Shown here piece after piece: positions 53,953 to 63,535 of a stretch of 64,000 nucleotides of DNA; the first letter of the stretch is position 1; the number at the start of each line of letters is the position of its first letter. The translations under genes and the position numbers were made by a program. The stretch is from an uncultured Thermotogae bacterium. Its GTDB lineage: Bacteria; Bipolaricaulota; Bipolaricaulia; RBG-16-55-9; JAJCYT01. The stretch is from positions 3,497-67,496 of the forward strand of contig CAZNGF010000004.1 in the NCBI GenBank assembly GCA_964572855.1, written 5' to 3'. The notes under the pieces were generated by a model that worked only from the letters and a program-made list of their open reading frames with translations, ran no database searches and was not told the origin of the DNA.

Positions 53953-55140
53953 ATGGCCGCGCTCCGACTGGCGCTGATCGCGGCCCTGCTGGGGGCGCTG
54001 CTGCTGGGCTGGACGCTGCTCCGGGGCGAGCCCGCCCCGGAGGTCTCCGTTGAGCCGCCCGTCGAAATCGAACGGCCCGCGCCCTCCCGGCTCGACGCCT
54101 ACCTCGACCTGCTCGCGCTCGTCCCCGCCGCGCGCGAAACGCGGGCGCGCGTCCTGCTGAACGACTACGAGCGCGCCGTGGAAGCGCTCGGGCTCGTACG
54201 GCCGGGGCCCGAGGCCGAGCGCTCGGAGGTGCTGGCCTACGCCGAGCGGCTCGATCGAGCGGGCTTGGCGCCGGGGCCCTACGTCAGCGGCTTCGACGCG
54301 TCCGCGGCGGCCACGCTCGACGCGTTGAGGGCCAACGCGGGCTACGACCTGCGCGACGTGGCCCTAAGCCTGAGCGCGGGCGAACCGCCCGAGGCCTACA
54401 GCGCGCTGGCGCTGCAGACCGCCTCCGACAAGATCCGTCGGACCCTGATCCGCAACACGCGGGACGCTCGCCTGGAGGCCTACGCCGGCGCCCCCGTGCT
54501 GCGTTGGGGCGGGGAGTTCGACGCCGAACCGGCGCGCCGGCTACGGGCGCCCATGTACGATTCACTCGGCCGTGGCGCCAAGCTCGCCTTCCTGGAGCGA
54601 ACGCTGCTGTACACGGTCTGGACGCAAGGGCTCTACCGCATGCTCGACGCGCGCGCGGGCGAGCTCGACGCACTGGCCGACGACGTGGACTTGCGGGCGC
54701 TTGCGCGCGGCCTGGCCGAGCTGGGCGCGTTCAGCGCGTTGCTCTCGGACCGCACCCAAAGCGCCCGCCGGATCGTGCAAGCGCGCGGCGACCCCGGCTT
54801 GGCCGAACGGCTGGCCGCGCAGCCCCAGCTCGCCGGCTACGAGGCGTTCGCCGTCGGGCTGGGTCGAGACGAGGCGGGGTCGTTTGTGGGGCTGGTTCTG
54901 ATCCACGACGCGGCGTCGGACGCGCAGGCCAACGCCGCGCGCCTGGCCTCTCGTCTACGCGACGGGATCAGCCTGAGCGCGCTGCGCCCCTGGCGCGAGC
55001 GCTTCGATCCCGAGCGCGCGACCATCTGGTCCGAGGGGCGTGCCCTGAGTGCCAAGCTCCGTTTCGCGCAAGCCGACCCTCCCCCGCGCGCCTGGCTCGA
55101 CTGGGTCTACGAGCACGATCCATTGCTGTTGCACGAGTAG
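53953..55140 (+). CDS. hypothetical membrane-anchored protein (N-terminal TM, Ala/Arg/Leu-rich, ends ...DPLLLHE)
   Basis: 395 aa; translationally coupled (TAGATG) to upstream peptide; no recognised domain. Confidence 0.55.
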   Translation: MAALRLALIAALLGALLLGWTLLRGEPAPEVSVEPPVEIERPAPSRLDAYLDLLALVPAARETRARVLLNDYERAVEALGLVRPGPEAERSEVLAYAERLDRAGLAPGPYVSGFDASAAATLDALRANAGYDLRDVALSLSAGEPPEAYSALALQTASDKIRRTLIRNTRDARLEAYAGAPVLRWGGEFDAEPARRLRAPMYDSLGRGAKLAFLERTLLYTVWTQGLYRMLDARAGELDALADDVDLRALARGLAELGAFSALLSDRTQSARRIVQARGDPGLAERLAAQPQLAGYEAFAVGLGRDEAGSFVGLVLIHDAASDAQANAARLASRLRDGISLSALRPWRERFDPERATIWSEGRALSAKLRFAQADPPPRAWLDWVYEHDPLLLHE

Positions 55141-55241
55141 GACTTTCGCCCATCACCGACAGTTGCTACACTGACGCGCGAAATCCAACAGCCGTAGAGC
55201 CCCCTCTTCCTTGACGGGAGAGGGAACCCTAAAGGAACACG

Positions 55242-55709
55242 ATGGGTCAGCAAAGCCTGCAAGATCGCTATGCCCCGCGCGGGACGTGCTTCGGCTGCGG
55301 GCCGGCCAACCCGCGCGGGCTCCGGATCAAGAGCTTTCCCGAGGGCGACGCGGTCGTGTGCGCCTGGCAGCCCGAGCCGCACCACGAGGCGTTTTCAGGC
55401 AGCCTCAACGGCGGGATCATCGGGACGCTGATGGACTGCCACTCCAACTGGACGGCGGCCTGGCACCTGATGAACCGGAACGGGCTGGAACACCCGCCCT
55501 GCACCGTGACGGCCGAGTACGCGATCCAGCTGAAGCGGCCCACGCCGACGCGCCAGGGGCCCGTGCGGCTCACGGCGCGCGTGGTGGACGCATCCGAGGA
55601 CCGGGCCACCACCGAGGCCGAGCTGGCCGCGGGCGGGCGGGTGTGCGCGACCTGCCGGGCCACGTTCGTGGCCGTGCGGCCGGGGCACCCGGCCTACCAC
55701 CGCTGGTAA
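55242..55709 (+). CDS. PaaI-family (hotdog fold) thioesterase
   Basis: 155 aa; CFGCGPANPRGL N-terminal motif; AAAGGA SD. Confidence 0.8.
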   Translation: MGQQSLQDRYAPRGTCFGCGPANPRGLRIKSFPEGDAVVCAWQPEPHHEAFSGSLNGGIIGTLMDCHSNWTAAWHLMNRNGLEHPPCTVTAEYAIQLKRPTPTRQGPVRLTARVVDASEDRATTEAELAAGGRVCATCRATFVAVRPGHPAYHRW

Positions 55710-55711
55710 CC

Positions 55712-56227
55712 ATGCATATCGCGATCACGGGCCGACCCGGTTCCGGCAAGTCGACGCTCTGCAGGCGCATCGTGGCCTCGTTCCCCGGCGCCTTCGGCGG
55801 GATCGTCACCGAGGACATCCGCGACGAGCGCGGGCGGCGCAAGGGGTTCGAGCTGTGTGACGTGGCCACGGGCGAACGCGAAATCTTCGCCCACGTCCAC
55901 CTCAAAGGCCGTGGCCCGCGTGTCGGCATCTACTGGGTCAACCTGGACGTCGTCGAGGGCCTGGGCGTGGCCGCCATCGGGCGCGCGCTGGAGGCAAGCG
56001 ATGCCGTCGTCATCGATGAGGTCGCGCCCATGGAGCTCAAGAGCCGCAAGTTTGCCAAGGCCGTGCGGGTCGTGCTGGACTCCGACAAGCCCTACGTGAT
56101 CGCCGTCCACGGCAGCTCGACGCACGCGTTGGCGCAACGGGTGCGTCGCGAGAGCGAGCTGATCGAGGTCACCCCCCGAAACCGCGACGATTTGTTCGAG
56201 TGGCTGTTCGCGGAGCTTTCGGAGTAG
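55712..56227 (+). CDS. nucleoside-triphosphatase, THEP1/NTPase_1 family
   Basis: 171 aa from MHIAITGRPGSGKSTL (Walker A), Walker B VVIDEV; starts 3 nt after upstream stop. Confidence 0.7.
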   Translation: MHIAITGRPGSGKSTLCRRIVASFPGAFGGIVTEDIRDERGRRKGFELCDVATGEREIFAHVHLKGRGPRVGIYWVNLDVVEGLGVAAIGRALEASDAVVIDEVAPMELKSRKFAKAVRVVLDSDKPYVIAVHGSSTHALAQRVRRESELIEVTPRNRDDLFEWLFAELSE

Positions 56228-56306
56228 TTGAACACGCATCCCCAAGCGAACGGCTCCCGCATGCCATCCGGTAGCGCCCCTCGAAGCCGCTCGATAGGCT
56301 GAACCC

Positions 56307-58091
56307 ATGACTATCAACCAACTATCCCGCCTGCGGACGCTCGTGACGCTCTCGTTCGGACTTCTGCTTCTCATCTCCCTAGATTCCGCCGCACTCGCCC
56401 AGGCGCCCGCGGCCTGCGAGCTGCCCGACGCTTCGGGCCCGGCGCCCGCGGTCGCGCTGGAGCCGTTCGTCGACGGGCTCGAGGCGCCGGTGTTCTTGAC
56501 CCACGCCGGCGACGGCTCGGGGCGGCTGTTCGCCGTCGAGCAGCCCGGCACGATCCGGATCATCGAGGACGGGGAAGTGCGGTCGGAGCCGTTCCTGGAC
56601 CTGCGCGAGCGCGTCTCGTTCGGCGGCGAACGCGGGCTGCTGAGCGTCGCCTTCCACCCGGACTACGCCGACAACGGGCGCTTCTTCGTCAACTACACCG
56701 CCGCCGGCGACGGGCGCACCGTGGTCGCCGAGTACGGCGTCTCGAGCGATCCCGATGTCGCCAGCCCCCAGGAGCGCGCTCTTCTGGAAATCGATCAGCC
56801 CTTCTCCAACCACAACGGCGGCCAGCTCCAGTTCGGCCCCGACGGCTTCCTCTACATTGGAATGGGCGACGGCGGCTCCGGCGGCGACCCGCGCCAGAAC
56901 GGTCAGGACCCGGGCACGTTGCTGGGGGCGCTGCTGCGGATCGACGTGGACGCGGGCGACCCGTACGCGGTTCCCGCCGACAACCCGTTTGTCGATCGGG
57001 CCGACGCGCGCGACGAGCTCTACGCCTACGGCCTGCGCAACCCCTGGCGCTTCTCGTTCGACCGCTGCGACGGCCGGCTGTTTTTGGCCGACGTGGGGCA
57101 GAACCAGTGGGAGGAAGTGAACCTGGTCGAGGCGGGCGGCAACTACGGCTGGAACGTGATGGAGGGGACGCACTGCTTCGGGCGCGCGGACTGCGACCGC
57201 AGCGGGCTTGCGCTGCCCATCGCCGAGTACGGCCACGACGCGCAAGGGGGCCGTTCGGTCACGGGCGGCTACGTCTACCGCGGGACGGATTTTCCCGGTT
57301 TGGTTGGACGCTATCTGTTTGCGGACTTTGTCTCCGGGCGCCTCTGGGCGCTGACGGAATCGGGCTCGGACTGGACCATGGAACAGGTCGCGCAAGCCGA
57401 CTTCCTGGTGAGCGCGTTCGGCCAGGACGCGCGCGGCGAGCTCTACGTGCTGGACCACGGCGGCGCGGTGTACAGGCTGGCGGCCGAAGGCGGTGCGGCC
57501 TCGACGCTTGAACTCGCCCGCGCGCTGGACGGCAACGGCAACAACCGCCTGGACGACGCCGAGATGCTGGCCGCCATCGACCTCTGGGCCACGAACGGGC
57601 GCGTCCCCGGCGTGGGCGCCTCCATCACCGACGACCAGATCGTCTCGCTGGTGGGCAAGTGGGCCCGCAGCGAGCCGCTGGCCCAGGAAGACGAGCGCGA
57701 GCTCGACCCCACGCTGGCCCACGTCACGGGGCTCGAGCTCTCCGGCGAGCCGGGCGACTACACCTTCACGGTCACGGTGCAGAGCCCCGACACCGGCTGC
57801 GAACAGTACGCCGATTGGTGGGAGGTCCTGGGCGAGGACGGCGAGCTACTCTACCGGCGGGTCCTGCTGCACAGCCACGTCGACGAGCAGCCGTTCACGC
57901 GCTCGGGCGGACCGGTCGAGCTCGCCGCCGACCAGACCGCCATCGTGCGCGCCCACATGAACACGACCGGCTACGGGGGGCAGGCGTTCCGGGGCAGCGC
58001 GCTGGAGGGGTTCGAAGCAATCGAGCTGCCCGCCGACTTCGCCGGCGAGGTCGAGGCGCAACAGCCCCAGCCCGACGGCTGCGCGTTCTAG
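56307..58091 (+). CDS. secreted PQQ-dependent sugar (glucose/sorbosone) dehydrogenase-like beta-propeller protein with Ca-loop module and extra C-terminal domain
   Basis: 594 aa; signal peptide; GSDH blocks (GRLFAVEQPGTIRII, NHNGGQLQFGPDGFLYIGMGDGG, YGLRNPWRFSFD); DGNGNNRLDDAE loop. Confidence 0.8.
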   Translation: MTINQLSRLRTLVTLSFGLLLLISLDSAALAQAPAACELPDASGPAPAVALEPFVDGLEAPVFLTHAGDGSGRLFAVEQPGTIRIIEDGEVRSEPFLDLRERVSFGGERGLLSVAFHPDYADNGRFFVNYTAAGDGRTVVAEYGVSSDPDVASPQERALLEIDQPFSNHNGGQLQFGPDGFLYIGMGDGGSGGDPRQNGQDPGTLLGALLRIDVDAGDPYAVPADNPFVDRADARDELYAYGLRNPWRFSFDRCDGRLFLADVGQNQWEEVNLVEAGGNYGWNVMEGTHCFGRADCDRSGLALPIAEYGHDAQGGRSVTGGYVYRGTDFPGLVGRYLFADFVSGRLWALTESGSDWTMEQVAQADFLVSAFGQDARGELYVLDHGGAVYRLAAEGGAASTLELARALDGNGNNRLDDAEMLAAIDLWATNGRVPGVGASITDDQIVSLVGKWARSEPLAQEDERELDPTLAHVTGLELSGEPGDYTFTVTVQSPDTGCEQYADWWEVLGEDGELLYRRVLLHSHVDEQPFTRSGGPVELAADQTAIVRAHMNTTGYGGQAFRGSALEGFEAIELPADFAGEVEAQQPQPDGCAF

Positions 58092-58100
58092 CGCGTGCGC

Positions 58101-58130
58101 TTGTCAGCGTTTGCAACTTGTGCATATAGT
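58101..58130 (+). promoter_or_regulatory. putative doxX promoter TTGTCA-18-TATAGT
   Basis: hexamers ~58101 and ~58125. Confidence 0.4.
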
Positions 58131-58167
58131 GGATGAGGACAAATCCCAAAGGGGAGAGGAGTTCAAC

Positions 58168-58626
58168 ATGCTGGCAAGACTCATCGAGGAGAAGAAGGAT
58201 ATAGCGCTCCTGTTGGTGCGCATCGCGTTCGGGTTGATCTTCATCGTCTACGGCTGGCGGCACGTCACCGGGCTGGAAGGCTACGAGCAGACCTTCACCC
58301 GCGTGGGCATCCCGCTGCCGGGCCTGATGGCGCCGTTTGTGGCCTGGCTCGAGTTTCTGGGCGGGATCGCCGCGCTGGTCGGCGTGCTGACGCGTTACGC
58401 CGGCGGCCTGCTGGCGATCGTCATGGTCGTTTCCACCCTGACCGTCAAGCTGCCGGCCGCGTTCCGGGTCAATCCCGACACCGGCGCGACCCCGGCGCGC
58501 GATCCACTGGGCTTGAGCGGTATTTGGGACATTGATTTCGCGCTCTTGGTCATGGGGCTGGTCCTGTTCCTGATGGGGCCGGGCAAGGCCTCGCTGGAAC
58601 GGGGATTGTTCAAGCGCGAACTATAG
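58168..58626 (+). CDS. DoxX family membrane protein
   Basis: 152 aa from MLARLIEEKK with GGGGAGAGGAG SD; four TMS, DoxX-like LLRIAFGLIFIVYGW. Confidence 0.75.
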   Translation: MLARLIEEKKDIALLLVRIAFGLIFIVYGWRHVTGLEGYEQTFTRVGIPLPGLMAPFVAWLEFLGGIAALVGVLTRYAGGLLAIVMVVSTLTVKLPAAFRVNPDTGATPARDPLGLSGIWDIDFALLVMGLVLFLMGPGKASLERGLFKREL

Positions 58627-58685
58627 CTTCCCTGGCGACGAGGCGCGCGACGCGGGGGCGGCAAGGGGCCGTCCCCGCGGTTCGT

Positions 58686-58970
58686 TCAGGGGCGCTTGCC
58701 CCCCAGGCGCTCGGCGTACGACAGGCTCATCTTCCGCAGCGAGGCGCGTTGCTCGGCCTTCCACAGGGCCAGCCTGCGCAGGTAGCGCCGCCGGTACTTG
58801 GCGCCGTTGGGCGTGTAGTTGAGGAAATATTCGGCGTCGAACCAGAGCGTGGCCAGCACGAGGTTGACCAAGTGCAGGAAGAAGGGCCCCACCGGCAGTT
58901 GCTCGTCCAGCAGGAGCGCGCTTGCGATCAGGAGCAGGAAAAGCGTCCAGGCCAGGTTCAAACACGACAT
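58686..58970 (-). CDS. hypothetical small membrane protein
   Basis: 94 aa from MSCLNLAWTLFLLLIASALLL; two TMS. Confidence 0.4.
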   Translation of the reverse strand: MSCLNLAWTLFLLLIASALLLDEQLPVGPFFLHLVNLVLATLWFDAEYFLNYTPNGAKYRRRYLRRLALWKAEQRASLRKMSLSYAERLGGKRP

Positions 58971-59070
58971 CACGAAACGCTTGTCGATCCGCCTGGCGCG
59001 CACGATCAGGCGCCGCAGGCGCAGGCGAGCTCCCTGCAAGGAAACCGCGCCGCGCGCCCGAAACACGCCC

Positions 59071-61746
59071 CTACACCTCGCCCCAGTTGCGTCCGAGCTT
59101 GACCTCGACCTCGAGCGGGACGCGCAGTTCCATTACGCCCTCCATGAGCGCGGTCACGCGCTTGCCGACGGCCTCGGCCTTGTCCTCATTGACCTCGAAG
59201 ATGAGCTCGTCGTGGACCTGGAGCAGCATGTCGGCGTCGGTTTCATCGGACCGCATCGCGCCGTGGACCGCGATCATGGCCAGCTTCATCAGGTCGGCGG
59301 CCGTGCCCTGGATGGGCGCGTTGACGGCGTTGCGCTCGTCGAAGCTGCGCTGGTTGAAGTTGCGGCTGTTGATGGCCGGCAGGTAGCGTCGCCGGCCCAG
59401 GGCCGTGGTCACGAAGCCCTGTGCGCGCGCGAGGGCGATCTGGTCGTCCACGAACGCTTTCACGCCGGGATACACGTCGAAGAAGCGGTCGATGTAGCCC
59501 TTGGCCTCGTCCTGCGGGATCCTCAACTCCTTGCCCAGGCGGTAGGCGCTGATGCCGTAGAGAATGCCGAAGTTGACGCGCTTGGCCGCCGAGCGCTGCG
59601 CGGTGTCGATTTGGTCGTCTTCGAGGTCGAACAGCTCGCGGGCCGTGCGGGCGTGCAGGTCCTCGCCGCTTTGAAACGTCTCGATCAGCGTCTCGTCGCC
59701 CGAGAGGTGGGCCAGCACGCGCAGCTCGATCTGGGAGTAGTCCGCCGCCAGCAGGACCCGGCCCGGCGGCGCCACGAACGCCTTGCGGATCTCGCCGCCG
59801 ATCTCGGTGCGCACGGGGATGTTCTGCAGGTTCGGGTCCGAGGACGACAGCCGCCCCGTGGCCGCGATCGTCTGGTTGAGCGAGGTGTAGATCCGCCCGG
59901 TGTCGGGGTGGACGTAGTCCGGCAGCTTGCGGATGTAGGTGTTCATGAGCTTCTCGAGCTCGCGGTACTGCACCAGCTTGGCCGGCAGCGCGTGCTGCTC
60001 GGCCAGCTCGCCCAGCACGCCCGCGTCGGTGGAGGGGCCGGTCTTGGTGCGCTTGAGCACGGGCAGCCCCAGCACGTCGTAGAGCACGCGCCCGACCTGC
60101 TTGGGCGAGTTGGGGTTGAACGCCTCGCCGGCGAGTTCGTAGAGCTCGCGCTCGAGCACGTCGAGCCGCTTCTGGAGCTCGTCGCCCTGCTTCTCCAACA
60201 TGCCTTTGTCGAGCAGGATGCCGGCCAGCTCGACGTCGGCCAGGACGGGCACGAGCGGAACCTCGACGTCCTCGAACACGCGCGTGAGCTCTTTGTCGGC
60301 CATTTCCTCGGCAAGCACGTCGCGTAAGCGCACGACGATTTCGGCGTCCTCGACGGCGTAGCGCGCGGCCTCGTCGATGGGCACCTTGCGAAAATCCGGA
60401 TCGCTCAGGTCCTTGTAGGCCGTCAGGCGCACGCCCAAGAAGCGCTCGGCGATCGCGTCCAGGTTGTGCTGGCGCGCGGCCGGGTCCAGCAGGTACGAGG
60501 CCAGCATCGTGTCGAAGGCGATCCCCTTTAGTTCGATGCCGTAGCGGCGCAGGACCTTGGCGTCGTACTTCAGGTTCTGGCCGATGAGCTTCACAGATCC
60601 TTCCAAGTGGGGTTTGAGGGCGTTCAAGACGACCTCGCGGTCGAGCTGGTCGCCTTCCTCGTGCGCCAGCGGGAGGTAGTCCCCGGAGAGCGGCTCGAAG
60701 GCGAGAGACACCCCAACGATTTCGGCGGCGCGCTCGTCGGTCGAGGTCGTCTCCAGGTCGAACGAGACCCAGTCGGTTCCCTCGAGCCGTTGCAACAGCG
60801 CGTCGAAGTCTTTCTGGGTGTTCACGACGCGGGCGTCGAGGTCGGCGCCCGCCCGCTCGAACAGGTCGAACTCCTTCAGCAGGCTGTGGAATTCGAGCTG
60901 TTCGAACAGCGCCTTGAGTCCCTTCAGGTCGGGCTCGCGGCGGGCGCAGTTGGGCAGCGCCGGCCCGCCGTCCACGAGCTTGAGCTGGGCCAGCTCGTGG
61001 CTGAGCTCGGCCTGCTGGCGGTGTTTCTCCAGCGCGTTGCGGGCGCGGGCGTTGTCGATCTGGTCCAGCTTGCCGAGCATGTCCTCCAGCGAGTCGAACT
61101 GTTCCAGCAAGGCTTGTGCGGTCTTCTTGCCGATGCTGGGCACGCCGGGGATCTGATCGCTCGTGTCGCCCACCAGCGCCAGGAAGTCGGCGACCTGGTG
61201 CGGGCGGACGCCCAGGTAGTCCTTCACGGCTTCGGGGCCGTAGAGGTCGAAGCCCTGGCCCGGCTGGCGGCTCGGCTTGAGCACGCGCACATGGTCGTCG
61301 ACGAGCTGCATCAGGTCCTTATCGCCGGTGAGGATGAGCGTCTCCAGCCCCTGCTCGCGGGCCTGCAGCGCCAACGAGGCGATCAGGTCGTCGGCTTCGT
61401 ACCCGTCTTGAGCGAAGCGCGGCAGGCCCAGCGCATCGACCACCTGCTCGATGATCGGGATCTGCACGCGCAGGTCGTCGGGCAGCGCGGGTCGGTCGGC
61501 CTTGTAGCCCTCGTAGAGGTCGTGCCGGTGCGTGGGCGCGGCCGAGTCGAAGGCCACGGCCGCACGATCGGCCGGGTACTCGCGCAGCAGTTTCAAGAGC
61601 GTGCGCGTGAAGCCGTAGACCGCGCCGGTCGGGAAGCCGTCGCGCGTGGCGAAGTTGGTCAGGACGTGGTAGGCGGGGTGGTACACCGAGCCCGCGTCCA
61701 CCAGCGCGAGCCGCTTGGGGGTGTCATTCATGACGTCCCTTTGCAA
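59071..61746 (-). CDS. polA: DNA polymerase I
   Basis: about 885 aa; 5'-3' exonuclease (FEN) N-terminus, 3'-5' exo-like middle, Pol A motifs A (DYSQIELR), B (RRSAKAVNFGIIYG-like RSAAKRVNFGILYG) and C (HDE). Confidence 0.95.
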   Translation of the reverse strand: MQRDVMNDTPKRLALVDAGSVYHPAYHVLTNFATRDGFPTGAVYGFTRTLLKLLREYPADRAAVAFDSAAPTHRHDLYEGYKADRPALPDDLRVQIPIIEQVVDALGLPRFAQDGYEADDLIASLALQAREQGLETLILTGDKDLMQLVDDHVRVLKPSRQPGQGFDLYGPEAVKDYLGVRPHQVADFLALVGDTSDQIPGVPSIGKKTAQALLEQFDSLEDMLGKLDQIDNARARNALEKHRQQAELSHELAQLKLVDGGPALPNCARREPDLKGLKALFEQLEFHSLLKEFDLFERAGADLDARVVNTQKDFDALLQRLEGTDWVSFDLETTSTDERAAEIVGVSLAFEPLSGDYLPLAHEEGDQLDREVVLNALKPHLEGSVKLIGQNLKYDAKVLRRYGIELKGIAFDTMLASYLLDPAARQHNLDAIAERFLGVRLTAYKDLSDPDFRKVPIDEAARYAVEDAEIVVRLRDVLAEEMADKELTRVFEDVEVPLVPVLADVELAGILLDKGMLEKQGDELQKRLDVLERELYELAGEAFNPNSPKQVGRVLYDVLGLPVLKRTKTGPSTDAGVLGELAEQHALPAKLVQYRELEKLMNTYIRKLPDYVHPDTGRIYTSLNQTIAATGRLSSSDPNLQNIPVRTEIGGEIRKAFVAPPGRVLLAADYSQIELRVLAHLSGDETLIETFQSGEDLHARTARELFDLEDDQIDTAQRSAAKRVNFGILYGISAYRLGKELRIPQDEAKGYIDRFFDVYPGVKAFVDDQIALARAQGFVTTALGRRRYLPAINSRNFNQRSFDERNAVNAPIQGTAADLMKLAMIAVHGAMRSDETDADMLLQVHDELIFEVNEDKAEAVGKRVTALMEGVMELRVPLEVEVKLGRNWGEV

Positions 61747-62260
61747 GCGCTTGGGCGCGAGCCGCGGGCGTGCGGTGCTCCAGCAGATAGCACAGTGCGA
61801 TGGCCACGGCGTCGGCGGCGTCGTCCGGTTTGGGCACGGAGCGCAAGCCCAGCAGGCGCTGGATCATGGTCTGAATCTGGACCTTCTGTGCCCGGCCGCT
61901 GCCGGCCACGCGACGCTTGATCTCGACGGGCGCGTACTCGTGCACCTCGAGCCCGCAGGCGGCCAGCAGCAGCACGCCGCGCGCCTGGGCCACATTGATG
62001 CCTGTGGTCACGTTCTGCTTGAAGAAGAGCTTCTCGATGGCCAGGGCGTGGGGCGCGTATTCGGCCACAAGCGCCCGGGTCTCCTCGTAGAGGTGGCGCA
62101 GGCGCTCGGTCATGTCATCCCCGGCGGGCGTGGTGATCACGCCCGCCTCGCAGAGCGCGAAGCGGCGGCCCTCCACGCCCGCCTCGACCACGGCGTAGCC
62201 GACCGTGGCCAAGCCGGGGTCGAGGCCCAGAACGCGCGTCTTGCTTACTCCTTGAGCCAT
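61724..62260 (-). CDS. ruvC: crossover junction endodeoxyribonuclease RuvC
   Basis: 178 aa from MAQGVSKTRVLGLDPGLATVGYAV; catalytic D/E/D/D residues in conserved blocks; 5' 575 nt of listed ORF is spurious. Confidence 0.9.
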   Translation of the reverse strand: MAQGVSKTRVLGLDPGLATVGYAVVEAGVEGRRFALCEAGVITTPAGDDMTERLRHLYEETRALVAEYAPHALAIEKLFFKQNVTTGINVAQARGVLLLAACGLEVHEYAPVEIKRRVAGSGRAQKVQIQTMIQRLLGLRSVPKPDDAADAVAIALCYLLEHRTPAARAQALAKGRHE

Positions 62261-62763
62261 TGTTGCAGGACGGCCATACGCGGGTCGCCCGCCTTCCGCT
62301 CGTGGCAAGTGCAGGGCTCGAGGTTGCGGTCCGCGCCGCACTCCGGACAGATCCCCAGGCAGTCCGCGCTGCACAGGGGCTTGAGCTCCAGGTGGCTGGC
62401 GACCAGGCCGAAGCACATCGCGGCCAGGTCGATCTCGGGCTCGTTGGTCACGTAACTGAACGACTCCGGCAGCGTCTGGGGCGTGGGTGTACCTTTTAGC
62501 TGGGTGTGCTCGTGGTGCACGATGTGGTGCGGCACGGGCCGCAGGCAGCGGCTGCAATACTGGTCCAGCTCGATCTCGAGCGTGGCCTGCAGCGTCACGA
62601 CCTCGCCGGGGTTCCACTCGGCCCAGCCCTCCATCTTGAGTTCGGTGTGCAGCTGAATCGGTTCGTGGAAGTCGTCTTCGTCCAGGGGTTCTGCGTCGGC
62701 GAAGGGGACCTGTTCGCCCTCGTGGGCCCGCAGGCGTTTGAGGCTGAGTTTCATGGCCATCAC
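62245..62763 (-). CDS. yceD: YceD/DUF177 family protein (large ribosomal subunit accumulation)
   Basis: 172 aa; C-terminal CxxC...CPECG...CTC cysteine cluster; overlaps ruvC start. Confidence 0.75.
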   Translation of the reverse strand: MMAMKLSLKRLRAHEGEQVPFADAEPLDEDDFHEPIQLHTELKMEGWAEWNPGEVVTLQATLEIELDQYCSRCLRPVPHHIVHHEHTQLKGTPTPQTLPESFSYVTNEPEIDLAAMCFGLVASHLELKPLCSADCLGICPECGADRNLEPCTCHERKAGDPRMAVLQQWLKE

Positions 62764-62886
62764 CTCGCCACGAGCATAGCGTTTTTGCCGATTTCACACA
62801 AGTGAATAGGTCGTCTCCCGGCACGGGATCGATCAAAGCGCGTTGTCGCGTTGGGTCCGCAGGCGCGTCTCCCCTATCATGGGCGC

Positions 62887-63070
62887 ATGGCCGAGTACGA
62901 AGGGCGCCAGGGCGAGCTCCCGCTGCCGCCGAGTTGGAGCGGCTACCGCCTCGTGCCGGAAGAGTACGAGTTCTGGCAGCACCACCCGCACCGCCTGCAC
63001 GACCGCTTCCGCTATCGGCCGGCGGGAGAGGGCTGGGCGCTGGAGCGGTTGTCGCCTTACCCCTCCGCTG
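62887..63070 (+). pseudogene. pdxH: 3' remnant of pyridoxamine 5'-phosphate oxidase gene (C-terminal PNPOx region only)
   Basis: [44 protein letters not shown] matches PdxH C-terminal signature; N-terminal FMN-binding domain absent and no stop at the expected end. Confidence 0.4.
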
Positions 63071-63094
63071 TGCTGGGGGAGCGCCTACCGAGGT

Positions 63095-63511
63095 CTAGGC
63101 GTTCTGCGCTCGTACGTGCTCCAAATCCGGCCGCAGCACGACGCTCTCCTGCTCGTTGGGGTCGGTGCGGGCCAGGACGGCGCGGCAGCTCTGCGTCTCG
63201 CTGGCGTTGTAGGGCAGGTGCGGCGTGCCGGCCGGGATGTAGAGAAACTCGCCAGCCTTGACGGTGAGGTGCTGCTCCAGCTTCTCGCCGTACCACATGC
63301 CGCTCTCGCCGCTGAGCACGTAGATCGCGGTCTCGTGGTCTTCGTGCAGGTGGGCCCTGGCCCGGCCGCCGGGCGGGATCTCCAGAAAGTGCATGCAAAT
63401 CCCCGTGGAACCGACACGCTCGGCCGAGATGGCCGCGCCGTAGTCGAAGCCCTGCTTGCCGTGGTACGTCTCATCGGGGCGGATGACCCGACAGGTGGGT
63501 TGGTGGTTCAT
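63095..63511 (-). CDS. cupin-2 domain protein
   Basis: 138 aa; cupin motifs [15 protein letters not shown] and [12 protein letters not shown]. Confidence 0.7.
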   Translation of the reverse strand: MNHQPTCRVIRPDETYHGKQGFDYGAAISAERVGSTGICMHFLEIPPGGRARAHLHEDHETAIYVLSGESGMWYGEKLEQHLTVKAGEFLYIPAGTPHLPYNASETQSCRAVLARTDPNEQESVVLRPDLEHVRAQNA

Positions 63512-63535
63512 GGGAACGCTCCTTGGGAACGGGGT

